A stretch of DNA of 64,000 nucleotides, from positions 394,909 to 458,908 of the forward strand of contig NW_005434632.1 of assembly GCF_000315625.1 (NCBI RefSeq), written 5' to 3'. Below the pieces are notes generated by a model, which worked only from the letters and a program-made list of their open reading frames with translations, was not told the DNA's origin and did no database searches. Positions 12,001 to 22,677 of this stretch are shown piece after piece. The position numbers and the translations under genes were made by a program. How positions within the stretch are numbered: the first letter of the stretch is position 1; each line of letters opens with the position of its first letter. Source of the DNA: Guillardia theta CCMP2712 (taxonomy: Eukaryota; Protista; Cryptophyta).

Positions 12001-15000
12001 AGACAACGTCATCTTGACGACGACGACGAGGAGGAGGAGGCTGAGGAGATCGATTTCACCGGTGATCATCATGACATCTGCAATAGCAAGTCTCCATTCT
12101 TTCAGAAGATCTTTGAGTATCTTCGAAACACAGAAGAAAAGTTGAACTCGACGAGATTGCAAAGCCAAGTGGTCCAATCCATGTATTTGTCTCGAGTTCG
12201 TTCAATCTTTCATGACTTGCTTGAGAGTCTTTCAAGGGTGAAGTCGCTGACTCTAGACGACTCATCGTCAAGACATGGAGGCGAAGAACAGTCGCTGGTA
12301 AAGTTTCTCAAGGAATTTTCATCTTCCATCAAGAAGCAAAAGGACCCGTTTGTTCGGAATAATCTAAACAAAATGTGGAAAACCGTCAGAGATAGATTTG
12401 AAGCTTTTGCAAGATACCAAAAGAAGGATGCACGCTCGGTGGACACGACAGAAATCATCTCGATCTTTCAGCAAGCGTTGAAACGGACAAAAAGCTTAGA
12501 TGAAGAGTTGGAATCTTATCTCCGCTCTCAAAGAGCCGAATTGCAAGAAACTTTAAAGAAGAAACAAGCTATTGAGCGTCTAAATTCAGAGCAGAAGATG
12601 AATCTCCAGGTTAGGAAGAGGCAAATTGCAACTGAGCTCGAATCTCTTGAGCGTGAACAGGAGAAACTTGTGAAGAGCATTGTTGACCAGATAGAAAAAC
12701 TTGGACAGAACACTAGGAAACGAATAAGCTTGAAGCATGAAAAAGGAAGGATCGAAGATGAGGAAGGGGGTCAGCGAGAAGTGTCGGAAATCATAGAGAG
12801 CGCTATCAACAAAGAAAAGGCTCACATCGCATACATAGAAGATCTCAACACAAGTCGGATGATCAACAGTGACGTGCAAAATGTTTTGCAGAGAAGTATC
12901 GGCGACTCAAGATCAGTCGTTTCTGAAGATCTTGACAGCTACAACTCTGCAATCTCTGACTTTGTACTCAATGAGATCCATGGGTTGTTGGTTCCTTTCC
13001 TGTGTGTGTCGCTGCTCGAGCAGTCGAGGAAAGCTCAATCAATCCACGTCGATCTTGAAGAGATTGAGAGGATGCGGTCGAAAGCAGATCACTACCAGAA
13101 GCTTGGAAAGCTGCACAAGCTCAGCAACGTGCAGTCTGCATGGGAGGGCAGTGAGAGTGAAACGAGAAGATACTTTCGGAATTTCAGACTTGTGCTCGGC
13201 ATGGACATAGAGGATATCAAGAGTGTCGAGAACTTCAAGAGTGCTCTGGTAGAAGAACTCACCGAGGCCCTCGGGGTAGATAAGAAGCAGGTGGAAATCC
13301 TCGCTGTTTCACCTGGGAGTGTTGTCGTGGACCTGAGAATCCACCAAAACCTTGCAGGTCATTCCCAGTCGTTGGATGAGTTGTCACGGCATGTCATCTC
13401 ACTGAAACAGACTGATTTTCGTTCTCTGCGCACTGGGAAGCTGACTGCTCTTGTGACCGACTTTCAGGAAAACGACGTGCTGTATTACAACGGGGCCTCC
13501 ATCGAAACTCAACAAAGGGAGCTTTCGAGCCTGACGCAGTCGCATAATTACGTCTTAAATGACCTGGTAGAGATCTGGCAGCAAATTGCAAAGAGTTTCT
13601 ACTCTGTGCTCATTTGTCGCAACACTGAAGACGAAATCCTCCTTCAGTTTGACAGATCCAAACGAACGTTTGTGTGCATTTTAGGAATCCAGGCATTGCA
13701 GAAAAGTGTCTCTTGGGACGAGTTTGCTGAGTCTTTCAATGACGACAACAACAATCCCTTACCCAAATATCTGACAACCATTGAGGCCTCGCAGATGGTC
13801 AAGTGCGCGCTCAACGATCAGTTCCAACGAGAATTCCAGAAAGCTCAGGACGAACATGCTGCGATGCAGGACTGTAATCGGTTCCTCCGAGAAGAAGAGA
13901 GCGCGATACAACAGAGAATCTCTACGCTAAGACGGACAATGTCAGAAAGCCAGGAATCTTTAGTGAGTTTGACACATCGAGAGACAGCTCTGCAGAACAC
14001 TTTGTCGCAAAAAGAGACAGATGCGAGCTTGAGCAAGATTGCGCTGCAGGAATATGGGAAACAGCTGAGTGATGTCAAGAAGAATCGAATCCGAACAATC
14101 ATACAAAACAGGGATGATAGCATGGCCTCTCAACGTGTTTTGGAAAACTATGTAAAGAAATTAGACAGATTGTTCATGTTGCATTCTTTCGGTTTTTGGA
14201 AATCATGCAGCTTGCCAAGGCGATGCGAGAAGTTGAACAAAGAAATCTATTCGACAAACCAGAAGATTATTGAGGCAGAGAAGAGCTTGAAGTTTGTTGT
14301 GAAGCAAATAGATGGCGAGGAAAGCCGTCTTGTAGGCATCCTTTCAAAAATCACTCAGATGAAAAGTCAGACAGAGCGGAAAAGAATCGTATTGCTGGCG
14401 TACCAACACCTGAGCAGCTTCAGTGATGGAAGCCGCAGACAGCTCAAGAACAGTCGGAGCGATTTCCTCGTGAAGAAGAATGACGTGGAGTTCCTGACGA
14501 ATTTGCATCTTGTGACGAATCTACCTTACCAGGACCTAACTTCAGACAAGCTCTTGCAAGACAAGGTACAAGTTAGCCTCTCAAGCTTCTTGGAGCAGAA
14601 ACTCAAGGAGAAAAAGTTCCTTAGACAACAATCGATAAGGCAGAGCTCGTCAGGGATGGCGGAATTTCATGTCGTCCTGTACCATTCTTCCGATCAGCTT
14701 GCAAACGAGCTGGCAGAGTCGTTTCTTACTTGGAGTCTGGTGAGGGTGAGAAGGATCCCGTCCAGGTCAGTCGAGGAAAAGTTCCGGGAAGACTTCATCA
14801 AGGTAACGTCAGCCACGACTAGCCACAAGATAGGTGAGGGACAGTTGGGCGAGGTGCTGGAAGCAGAGTACTTGGGGCGGAAAGTTGCCGTCAAGTTCAT
14901 TCGCTTCTCAGGGATGTCAAGCTATGTAGCAAAGATCCGGTTTGAGCCGATGACAGGCGAGATCCAGTCCAACGTGTCGCTCCTGTGCTCGCTACGTCAT

Positions 15001-16023
15001 CCCAATGTGCTCAGGTACGAAGGGATGTACTGGGAGCAGAAGGGGAGGGGAGTCCCTGACTTCGCCATCGTGATGGAGCACGCTAGCAGCACACTGTTCG
15101 ACGTCATTGCAAGGAACTCAGCGCTGCATCACAAGAGTTTGATCGTTCCAGAGCTCGAGCTGGAGGAGGTGTTCAGGGCGATGGACCCTTCCTCCTCAGG
15201 GCGAGTGACGCAGAGCATGTTCGTGAGAGCTCTCGAGCAAAACGAGTGGATCGTGAGGAAGCTGAATTTGTCCGTCGGAGTGCTGCAAGACGACTGCCTG
15301 CGATACATCTGGAACTACGGCATCGAGCTGGGGAGCTTGCAGGAGCCCCCCAAGAAGTACCACCATCCCTTCGGAAGGATCGATCGGGATGCTAAGGGAT
15401 ACATCACCCTCGAGGATCTGCTGAGCTTCTACGGTCGCCGGGAGCTCGTCAGCGACAGGATCGCATGGCCGCAGCGGTTACAGGTCGCCATGGCCGTGGC
15501 CAGCGGGATGGAGTACCTGCATGACAGGGGAATCTTTCACGGTCTCCTCAACAGCAAGAACGTGGCTATCATATTCGATGAGGGCAAGAATCCCTCCGGC
15601 ACCTGGAACCTCTGCAGGGTGGCCGTGACAGACTACGGCCTCCCTTTCCTGAGGAGGAACTTCGAGCTAATGCCGGATGTACAGGCGCGCCATGCAGCGT
15701 GGCTGCCGCCAGAGGTTTTGCTGGGTGACGAGGCGAAGATGGAAGGAGACTCGTGGAGCTACGGCATCATCCTTTGGGAGCTCCTAACGGGTTTCGTGCC
15801 ATGGCCCGGCAAGGCAAGGGACGACTTGACGGCGCTGGCAAGGAAAGGGCAGCTGATCCTTCCCTTGTCTCTTCAGGACAACTATGAGCAGCCTCCTGGG
15901 TACTGTGAGGTGATGAATGACTGCATGCGGCGAGAGACGCAGGATCGTCCGAGCATGCGAAGGGTTCTCGAGAGATTCAGGGACTTGTCGAGGAGTTGGG
16001 GAGGAGACTATCTTCCTGGTTAA
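9034..16023 (+). CDS. Intronless 2329-aa protein: RI/tropomodulin-like LRR repeats, coiled coils, SEA-like GSVVV domain, TKL-type pseudokinase with inserted EF-hands
   Basis: Uninterrupted 7-kb ORF. LxLSxN..D..L...L..IxLxxTxVS repeats; long heptad regions; IGEGQLGEV, VAVK, LRHPNV, HGLLNSKN, DYG and WLPPE kinase subdomains. Confidence 0.9.
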   Translation: MKSDALKQQVSTALERIVHNDPDLVFVDFCHDPDETEHDGLQDEDVLKLLPPIAKNTYLRVILLSGNSLLTDGIVKEIEKALKENNTLENIDLEFTGVSMSARERVYSIFFQRNLHGLPANYVSSFLGPHPIHHLKLSNSHLKNSHLQAVCAFVGRQKYHVKLDLSGNRQVDDEGIKHLDEVIRVRKKVTQINLKGTSVSTETQRHVQEIVQEVLWNMQMHVIESNDPRVKSVAFPPIEIGFDKVNRLCQGLSNNTSLTSLDMRQSKINEYDLEQILTTIERCNPKVVEVMMNVSKASNHFQESYKQQIITLTTRALKRKSDVLTKLDMSFVNLSDHDVVNLAIFVRKHSRVKLWNLSNNPQVSDICSDALIKACDLPSQLDSILVEKTSISNEVKKKLKECIRRQKVDDLRGFLKEAKFDEEQIKTITNQNVNGVQIQRSQSKQSPMAVLKSFCTMNASYMSVSELMNTLSSNLHQADMALFKIEIFFSTDSSIFPHERANIRRQVLLHNITATLLDFERRRQSWVDFTDLGIDDEGFKLIVEQFHALTSQIHVTLDFSNNPSLGTTSEYQLLRLINNSASIVNVRLQKTSFSQDVLNRMQHTFRERSQKSLDRFLDDHFDDSQPVSINFLAGQHLKSADIVKLSKVLTSCQVLDLDLSDAPELDDNAARVLESSIDKSLVLSQINLSRTTVSSKLCSAIKLRIDKKFIQDHCESHHSFFLNTKEMDLRDRNLNDDDFMKIVESLPQKPTLAFINLMENMQITDQSVKHVENFIKNNFRKSPLSVNFEDTGVSNPENAKFNNVAGAGMIEMLQKADLGNSFEDAMFGLDQIQTMMKNLNRGIENHIRNLSTALPTSLHKMSDQFSKDDFSTSFQMPQGMNEKILKPKKRERRSGQVGMRLKFDHPAMLSSDALTTTLGCPRGMLETITVSDQIVDILISTQHGLEQDLSVDGLTQQLFSMCDDSRSELCIRYNRGKEILCIYPWAVNSRQRHLDDDDEEEEAEEIDFTGDHHDICNSKSPFFQKIFEYLRNTEEKLNSTRLQSQVVQSMYLSRVRSIFHDLLESLSRVKSLTLDDSSSRHGGEEQSLVKFLKEFSSSIKKQKDPFVRNNLNKMWKTVRDRFEAFARYQKKDARSVDTTEIISIFQQALKRTKSLDEELESYLRSQRAELQETLKKKQAIERLNSEQKMNLQVRKRQIATELESLEREQEKLVKSIVDQIEKLGQNTRKRISLKHEKGRIEDEEGGQREVSEIIESAINKEKAHIAYIEDLNTSRMINSDVQNVLQRSIGDSRSVVSEDLDSYNSAISDFVLNEIHGLLVPFLCVSLLEQSRKAQSIHVDLEEIERMRSKADHYQKLGKLHKLSNVQSAWEGSESETRRYFRNFRLVLGMDIEDIKSVENFKSALVEELTEALGVDKKQVEILAVSPGSVVVDLRIHQNLAGHSQSLDELSRHVISLKQTDFRSLRTGKLTALVTDFQENDVLYYNGASIETQQRELSSLTQSHNYVLNDLVEIWQQIAKSFYSVLICRNTEDEILLQFDRSKRTFVCILGIQALQKSVSWDEFAESFNDDNNNPLPKYLTTIEASQMVKCALNDQFQREFQKAQDEHAAMQDCNRFLREEESAIQQRISTLRRTMSESQESLVSLTHRETALQNTLSQKETDASLSKIALQEYGKQLSDVKKNRIRTIIQNRDDSMASQRVLENYVKKLDRLFMLHSFGFWKSCSLPRRCEKLNKEIYSTNQKIIEAEKSLKFVVKQIDGEESRLVGILSKITQMKSQTERKRIVLLAYQHLSSFSDGSRRQLKNSRSDFLVKKNDVEFLTNLHLVTNLPYQDLTSDKLLQDKVQVSLSSFLEQKLKEKKFLRQQSIRQSSSGMAEFHVVLYHSSDQLANELAESFLTWSLVRVRRIPSRSVEEKFREDFIKVTSATTSHKIGEGQLGEVLEAEYLGRKVAVKFIRFSGMSSYVAKIRFEPMTGEIQSNVSLLCSLRHPNVLRYEGMYWEQKGRGVPDFAIVMEHASSTLFDVIARNSALHHKSLIVPELELEEVFRAMDPSSSGRVTQSMFVRALEQNEWIVRKLNLSVGVLQDDCLRYIWNYGIELGSLQEPPKKYHHPFGRIDRDAKGYITLEDLLSFYGRRELVSDRIAWPQRLQVAMAVASGMEYLHDRGIFHGLLNSKNVAIIFDEGKNPSGTWNLCRVAVTDYGLPFLRRNFELMPDVQARHAAWLPPEVLLGDEAKMEGDSWSYGIILWELLTGFVPWPGKARDDLTALARKGQLILPLSLQDNYEQPPGYCEVMNDCMRRETQDRPSMRRVLERFRDLSRSWGGDYLPG

Positions 16024-16105
16024 TAAGAAAGCTTAAAGATCGTGTCGGGGAAAACGTGGACCCCTTGGCAAAAACGGGAAGGTGTAACATAGGCATTAGG
16101 TGCTT

Positions 16106-16629
16106 CTAGGCGAGAGTGGTCTTGATGGAATTCTGCGAAGGGAGTCAGCGAGCAACAGGGCATGGAGAAACAGACGTACAGAGTTTCTGCTCTGATGCTT
16201 GTTAAGAAGCTCTTCACCTGCCCTCAGGTCAGGCTGCAGCTCCTCGAACAAATACGACCCCTTCCCCTCCTCACCGTATTTCAGAGCAGCATCCATATCC
16301 TTGTGCTTGGTGATCAACGTTCCGCCTTGATCTGCTAGAACAGCAACCAGTAGTCAAGTTTTAGCCAGCCAGCCTCTCGTTCCCTCACCAACGTACGTCT
16401 GCTTCCAGCCGTCTGTCTGAGGCACGCGAGAGACATCCAACCCTCGTCGAGAGGATCCCCACAGATCACTGGAACTGGAGGTTGGCTTGGATTCTATTCC
16501 CTTCACTGTGAACTTGCGGGTAGAAGACGGAGCGCAGCAGCACGTGAACGCTCGCATCGCCTGCATCCCTCCGCCGGTCTCTTCCTTGTCCTCTGACTTG
16601 GTTGCAGCACCCTCCAACGAGTTTCCCAT
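16106..16629 (-). CDS. Small spliced hypothetical protein with N-myristoylation-like start (MGNSLE) and CCC cluster
   Basis: ORFs 16354-16629 and 16220-16335 can be joined via GT-AG introns. 3' end approximate. Confidence 0.5.
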
Positions 16630-17286
16630 AGCGGCTGTTGGGGGATGCTGCGGGGACAATTGTCAGAATCTTTTCGCCAACTCCCGTACCAAAGTCATGT
16701 GTACAAATTCAACCATATTAGGGTAGAAGTTGCCCCGCGTCAATCATCGAATCAAATCGATGCTGTCTAAACTCCTCACACTGATACGTAATGGTCCTCT
16801 CTCCCACTTCATCTTGTCTCTTCTCTCACAGCATCAGTGGCATGCTCATCGCCGCTCTGCGGCAGTTCCGATCCGTTTCCTTGCCATTCTCCCATCAACT
16901 CGGCAGCTACTACCATCCTCCATACACATCCGGGTCCGATCCCCGGACATGTGGGTGGGGTCCCCCGTCAATCAAAAAGCACCGTGGTGGGGTAGGGGGT
17001 CACCGGGTTGACCCACCCAACCCTTATATTAAATCAACTTATTCTTTGCTATTGGGGGGTAGGATGAACCAATCTTTGTAGGAAGTGACCTCAGGAGGGT
17101 GGGGTCCTCCCTCCGATTGGAGGGGTAGTAGTCCGATCGAGACATGGAAAGGCTTTGAGGAATCACTACTTGCTGGGGGGCCAGGCATTGCTAGTATCCG
17201 GCGGGACTCGGCCCGGGCCGGAGTCCCGGAGTCGGGCCCGGGATCCGGGGCAATCGCAGATTTCACTGACGAGGTGGGGGAGAATC

Positions 17287-18005
17287 ATGGAGGCGGGAAG
17301 AGCGGAGGATCCGCTGGTGCAGCATGTCATCCTGAGGAAGGACTTGACCAAGGTGAGCAATGCCTTGTTGTGCGCCTGTTGTCCTCACCCTCCATGCTCG
17401 CTGCTCACGCCGTCCTCCATGCTCTGCAGAAACCTCTCTCTTGGCCCGCTGGAAGCATGATCGCGCAGGCTTGCCATGTAGTCTCTAAGACCCTCTGGGA
17501 GATGAAGGACCACGCCAATGTTCAGGTATACCTGCATCGACGACATGGCACATGCGCTGTGTCGTCAGAACAGCTGACCCGTTCCATCTTGATCCTCACA
17601 GAAGTACATGATGGATGTGGACAACATGCACAAGGTGAGCATCATACAGAGAGTTACATGTGCTCACGGGGCGCCAAGGTGACTCTGTCGGTTGAAAGTG
17701 AGGAGGAGCTTCTAGGGTGTGTATGCCGTCAAGCCAAGCTCCATACCTCTGACCTGCACACAGAGTCAGCAAAACCCTCCAAGACAATGGGATCGAGCAT
17801 CGCGTTTGGAAGGAACAAGTAAGTCAGCTCCGACGGTCGAAGGGGTCTGTGCGACTCTGAGATGCTGGTTAGCCCGAGGGAATCCTCACTGCCATTGCCA
17901 CCATCCCCTACCCCAAGTCTGTCACGGTGAACTTCACTGACCGTCCCTTCCTCCTTGACCCCCGGGCAGGCGCCGCTCCTCCGACACCTGAAGCTCTTTC
18001 GATGA
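17287..18005 (+). CDS. PTRHD1: Peptidyl-tRNA hydrolase 2-family protein PTRHD1-like
   Basis: Spliced: PLVQHVILRKDL|..WPAGSMIAQACH..|DNMHK|VTL..|IEHRVWKEQ|PEGILTAIATIPYPK..APLLRHLKLFR*, with TGA at 18003-18005. Confidence 0.85.
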
Positions 18006-20480
18006 AATGCATGCGTCTCATGGAGTGTAGAGGGATGAAAGTGCAGGAGAAGGACGACAGAATCGCTTTCTTTGTGACCGTAGGCCGAGGGATGCGGCAT
18101 TTTGCTGTGGAGGAGATAAAGAAGAAACTTGGCCGATTCCAAGTCAGAGTGGTCCTTGAAGATTGCTGGATACTTCAGAGCTCTTACATACTCGTAGCTG
18201 AAGGAGATGGAAGGGAAACTAGCTTTCGACCTCTTGTGGGACAACCAGACTTCACGCATAGGTAGATGCAATGACTGCTATGAGCCCTGTCCTGACACCG
18301 GCTCCCGTTGCAGACCTACATCGGTCGCTCCTGAGCATGAGGACGGTTGAGAGAGTTGGTCTCATGCTCCTTGCTACATGTGAAGACGCCTTCCTCGCAT
18401 CCATCGCGTGCTGTACTGGTGTTGGGCATGAGAGAAGTCGGAAGAAAAGAAGAGTAGACGCTGCTTGCGACCCCTCAGATGCTGATGGAAACAAGACAAC
18501 GCGCAGTGGATCGAGCGAGAGCGAGCGAGCAGCTGTGGAGAGTGAAAATCAAGTTCTTGCTGACCTGATTCGACTATGCAACCTCCCCGATGCCGTCTCC
18601 AGGTACTGATGGATGGACTTCAGGCGGTAAGAGAGCAGATTCTCATGGGCAGGGTGCAGGTGGAATCAACTGAAACACGAAGTCAAGGCGCAACAAGAAA
18701 CGGTCCCAGAGATTTCAGAGTGTCGCATTTCCTGCAAGGTAGAGACAGCAGGCCTGCATTTGGCCGTTGAACGCTTGTTACAGACGCGAGGGAGATATCG
18801 AGGTGTGAATGCGAGGAAGGTGGGGAAGTAGAAAAATATTTCGTTCTGCCCAGCTGTGTTGACGTTTCTCAGGTTGCGGAAGTCTTGGGTTCGGTCATAC
18901 AGCGCGAACATCCTAGGGAGATCAAGATGGTTGGATGGACTGATGACAAGATGCAAGAAGGAGTTCAGAGCAATGCCTTGGATATTCTTTTTCACGTCAA
19001 CGACGAGGGTATTTTCGTGGGCCTCCTCCTCACTGCAAGTACTGCACCGTCGTCGCTGATGCGAATCCCTTGTGACTTTCGATCCCAGAACCCCTAGCAG
19101 CAAGAGCCTACCATGACAGCCAGCAGGGGCAGAGGAAGCGAGAGCAGGAGGACGAACAGGATCTGTGTCATGATGACGACGAGGAGCAGAAACGTCCCCA
19201 CGTTCAGCCGTCCTCGCCCTTCCCGTCGAAGTTCTCAGGCCTGCGGTCCACAGTGGCGGCAGCCATGTGCGACATGGCAGGCCTGGCAGCCGGGGACATC
19301 GTCTTGGATCCGGCATGCGGAAGAGGATCGGTGAGGAGCCGCTGCCATGGTCCCGCTGACGCTGCTCAAAAAGATCCTTCTTGAGGGCCTCATGAACCAT
19401 CCAGGCGCTGATTTCGTGGGGCTAGATTCTGAGTGAGCACAACAGAAATCCTTCAACCTCCATGCAGCGTTCATATCACAGAGCTCCTCTCGCTCCTCCT
19501 TTCTTAGACACTCTCCTGACTCGTCTTGATCTCCCTTGGCTTCCTTCCTCTTTATCTTCACCCCTTTGCTACAACGTACATCTTCCTTCCCTTTAGTGCC
19601 ACAAGCCGAATGCCATATCTGTTTCTCTCTCCTCCTCCTCCCTTCATCGTCCCTCGACAATGTGTATGGGTTCATGTCCTCACGACTCCCTTTTTAGCAT
19701 CCGAGCTCTCCGAACAACATCCGATCTCGTTTCAAGCATCGGTGACTTCCATCTATTCACATTCTTTTGTTCGGGTCAACTCACAGCATCAAAGGCATCT
19801 CATCAGCGCAAGTTCGACTCATTCGTGGAGACTTCCGCTCGATGCCTTTCCGCAGCAACACCTTCACCAAGGTGACAGGAAGCCTGTTCCACTGTCTGCA
19901 AGTTGAATGATACTGGGGAGTCTCAAACCCGTCGGGACTATGGCGGGAAAGGCTTGTCATTTACCCATGTGCCTCTAAAGATGATTGACAGCAGTGTTCA
20001 CAAAAGTGCTCATCAATGTTCTAACGCGTGCGAGACAGATCATAGTCGACCTTCCCTTCGGCTGTCAACACAAAATTCCCTCAGTCCAGGTTTCAGTCCC
20101 TCGCATGAAGACCTCCAGTCTTGACCCCCCGGACCCCCTCCGGCAGGTGGAGCAAGGGGTCCCAGAGCGATCTGACGCCGAGGCCATGGTCGACGAGCTG
20201 CTGCGGGAGAGCAGCAGAGTCTTGACGGGAGGAGGCCTCCTATGCTGCCTGACTGGTGACCCTCCCTCCCCTCTCCTTCCTCCCTTCCCTTCATGAGTAA
20301 TCTTGTTTACTTCTATCCTGCTCCTTATTACCCGTTGACATTCCCCCTCCCCCCTCCTCTCCTCCTTCTCTTTTCTTCTTGTGGCATCTTGTTCTGAAGC
20401 CTCATGTCCAGTGCATGGGGCTCTGTTTGAGCAGCAGGTCAAAGATCGACCAGGTGGACCTTGCGGGAGAAGGTAATCCT
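18002..20480 (+). CDS. THUMP-domain SAM-dependent RNA methyltransferase (THUMPD2/3, UPF0020-like)
   Basis: N-term FFVTVGRGMRHFAVEEI and SMRTVERV. MTase motifs LRSTVAAAMCDMAGLAAGDIVLDPACGRG, FVGLD, IIVDLPFG and RVLTGGG. 3' end runs toward the N-gap. Confidence 0.75.
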
Positions 20481-20534
20481 CGTACCTTCACCCCCTTTCT
20501 TCGTCTCCCCTCCTCCTCCTCCTCGCCCCCCCCC

Positions 20535-20634
20535 NNNNNNNNNNNNNNNNNNNNNNNNNNNNNNNNNNNNNNNNNNNNNNNNNNNNNNNNNNNNNNNNNN
20601 NNNNNNNNNNNNNNNNNNNNNNNNNNNNNNNNNN
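20535..20634. other. Assembly gap (100 N)
   Basis: Run of n in a C/T-rich tract. Confidence 0.99.
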
Positions 20635-20880
20635 TCCCCACCTCCTCGCCCTCCCCACCTCCTCCTCCTCCCCACCCCTTCCTCTCTCCTCTCTCCTCCT
20701 CTCTCCTCCTCTCTCCTCCTCTCTCCTCCTCTCCTCTCTCCTCTCTCCTCCTCTCCTCTCCTCCTCACCCACACTGCTCCATATCGTCTCTTTTACCTCG
20801 GGCTCTGCACTACAACTGGGTTTTTATATAGATAAGACCGGAAGTGGGGCAGCAAGAAAGTAGAGGGAGGGGAGAGGAGG

Positions 20881-20970
20881 GCAGAGCAGAGCAGAGCAGA
20901 GCAGAGCAGAGCAGAGCAGAGCAGAGCAGACGATAGCAGAGCAGACGATAGCAGAGCAGACGATAGCAGA
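20881..20970 (+). repeat. (GCAGA)n pentanucleotide tract with ACGATA variant units
   Basis: Directly visible tandem repeat upstream of the CRAL-TRIO gene. Confidence 0.95.
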
Positions 20971-21056
20971 GTAAGAGAGGACAAGACAGGTCGGAACAGG
21001 GCAAGGCGCCCGAGGGGGGGAAGGGAATATTAGGGAAGCAGAGCCGACATCAAACA

Positions 21057-22677
21057 ATGGCAGGGGTCGAGGAGCAGGCTAGAAGGATGATGGAAGCAAT
21101 CGGGTCCTTCGACGACCTGAAGGAGATCGAGAGATGTAAGTCGCTGATAGACAGCGAGGAGGAAGAGGAGCTTGTCGATGCCGTGCTGTTGGAGATCGAA
21201 GAGAGGGTCAGGGAGAGGAGGAAGGATGGGGCAGATGATAAGGTCGAGCTTCCCCGTTGGCTCGTGAGGACAGCTCTGCGAGTGTGGAACTACAGCAAGC
21301 AGGACACCATCAGGGTCATGACCAACTTCTGGAGGTACGGCACACACGCTCTGCTCCTGCTCCTCTTCTCACCCCGTCCTCAACTCAAGTTTCCGTCACT
21401 CAAACGCATGGCCGATGGTTCTTAAGGCGTCGGAGGTGGTGAGTTTCGGCATGCTAGTGACCTGCGGACGATGTGAGGATGACGGATGCGATGTAGGAGG
21501 AGGAGCTGCGGTCAGGTGCTCCTGCGCCTGGGTCCCTTGAGGGGAGAATGACAAGTGAGGAGGTGTGCATTGGTTGTTGCCGGGGACAGATGCGAGCGGA
21601 AGAGGAATTCTTGTTTACAATGCAAGGTTTCTGTTCAGGTATGCTCCTGTCTCCTCTACACCTCGTTCTCCTTCTTCCTTCCTCTTCTTCATCGCTCTTT
21701 TCGTTTCTTCTTGCTGAGTTTCCCTGCTCCAGGGGTCATGCATGCTCAGTCGAGGGTCTGCAGAAGATGGGGTAAATTCCTTCACTGCCGCTTCACTCAC
21801 ATCTCAACCACTTCTCTCATGCTCTTCTCTCATGCTCTTCTCTCATGCTCTTCTCTCATGCTCTCCTTGCAGGTCCTTCCTGATGCAGAAGGCGATCGAG
21901 AAGGAAAACATCGTCAAGAATGGGTAGCGAGCAGCGCTTCCCTCTCGATTCTCTTATCCGTCTCTCTCAGAATCGTCTGCGTCCTAGACTTGCAAGGGGT
22001 CGACCTCTCCATCACAACCAAGTGTGACTTGACCCTTTGGCTTTAATTTCGCCTCTTGACGCCGCTGAGTCATCAGGTTCGGCATAGCCGATGTCAAGCG
22101 CGGGATTCTAATGTGGAAGGATGCGTTCCCATGCAAACTGAAGAAGGTGCTCATGACTGAGGGCACCTCTCCTCGTTCTGCCCTGTCTTGTCAGCTTGCT
22201 CTCGTCTGTTCGTTCCTTTTGCACGCTTTGTTGAGAAACTACACACGACTCCCTTGGAACGAAAAGCCTTAGCAACACTGACAGTGTTCTCAATAGATCT
22301 ATCTCGTCAACATGGGAATCATCTTGTCCACAATCGTAGCCATGGTCAATCTTCCACGTCATCATCAGCAACATGACGAATTGATAGGCTAAATCGATCC
22401 TCAGTTCCAAGATCCGAGAGCGTGTCGTCCTGGTTGACAAGACTTTCCAGCAACTGCACGCTGACATCGACAGGTATGTCCGGTGATCTCATGTTCCGCA
22501 ATGATAGGAGAGCAGCTCCAGGTTGCCGCCTTCGCTCGGGGGAAATTTCGAACTCGACTGGGAGAGGTCAAACATTATCTTCCTTTCTTTGCTATCGAAC
22601 TAACAACGATTTCATTGACTTCACGCCGCAGTTATATACAATTCTTGCTGAAAGACGATCAGTTCAACGACAGCTAA
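21057..22677 (+). CDS. CRAL-TRIO (Sec14-like) lipid-binding protein
   Basis: Spliced: DASGRGILVY..IVKNG|IVCVLDLQG..KDAFPCKLKK..LSSKIRERV..LHADID..LPPSLGG. Confidence 0.8.
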
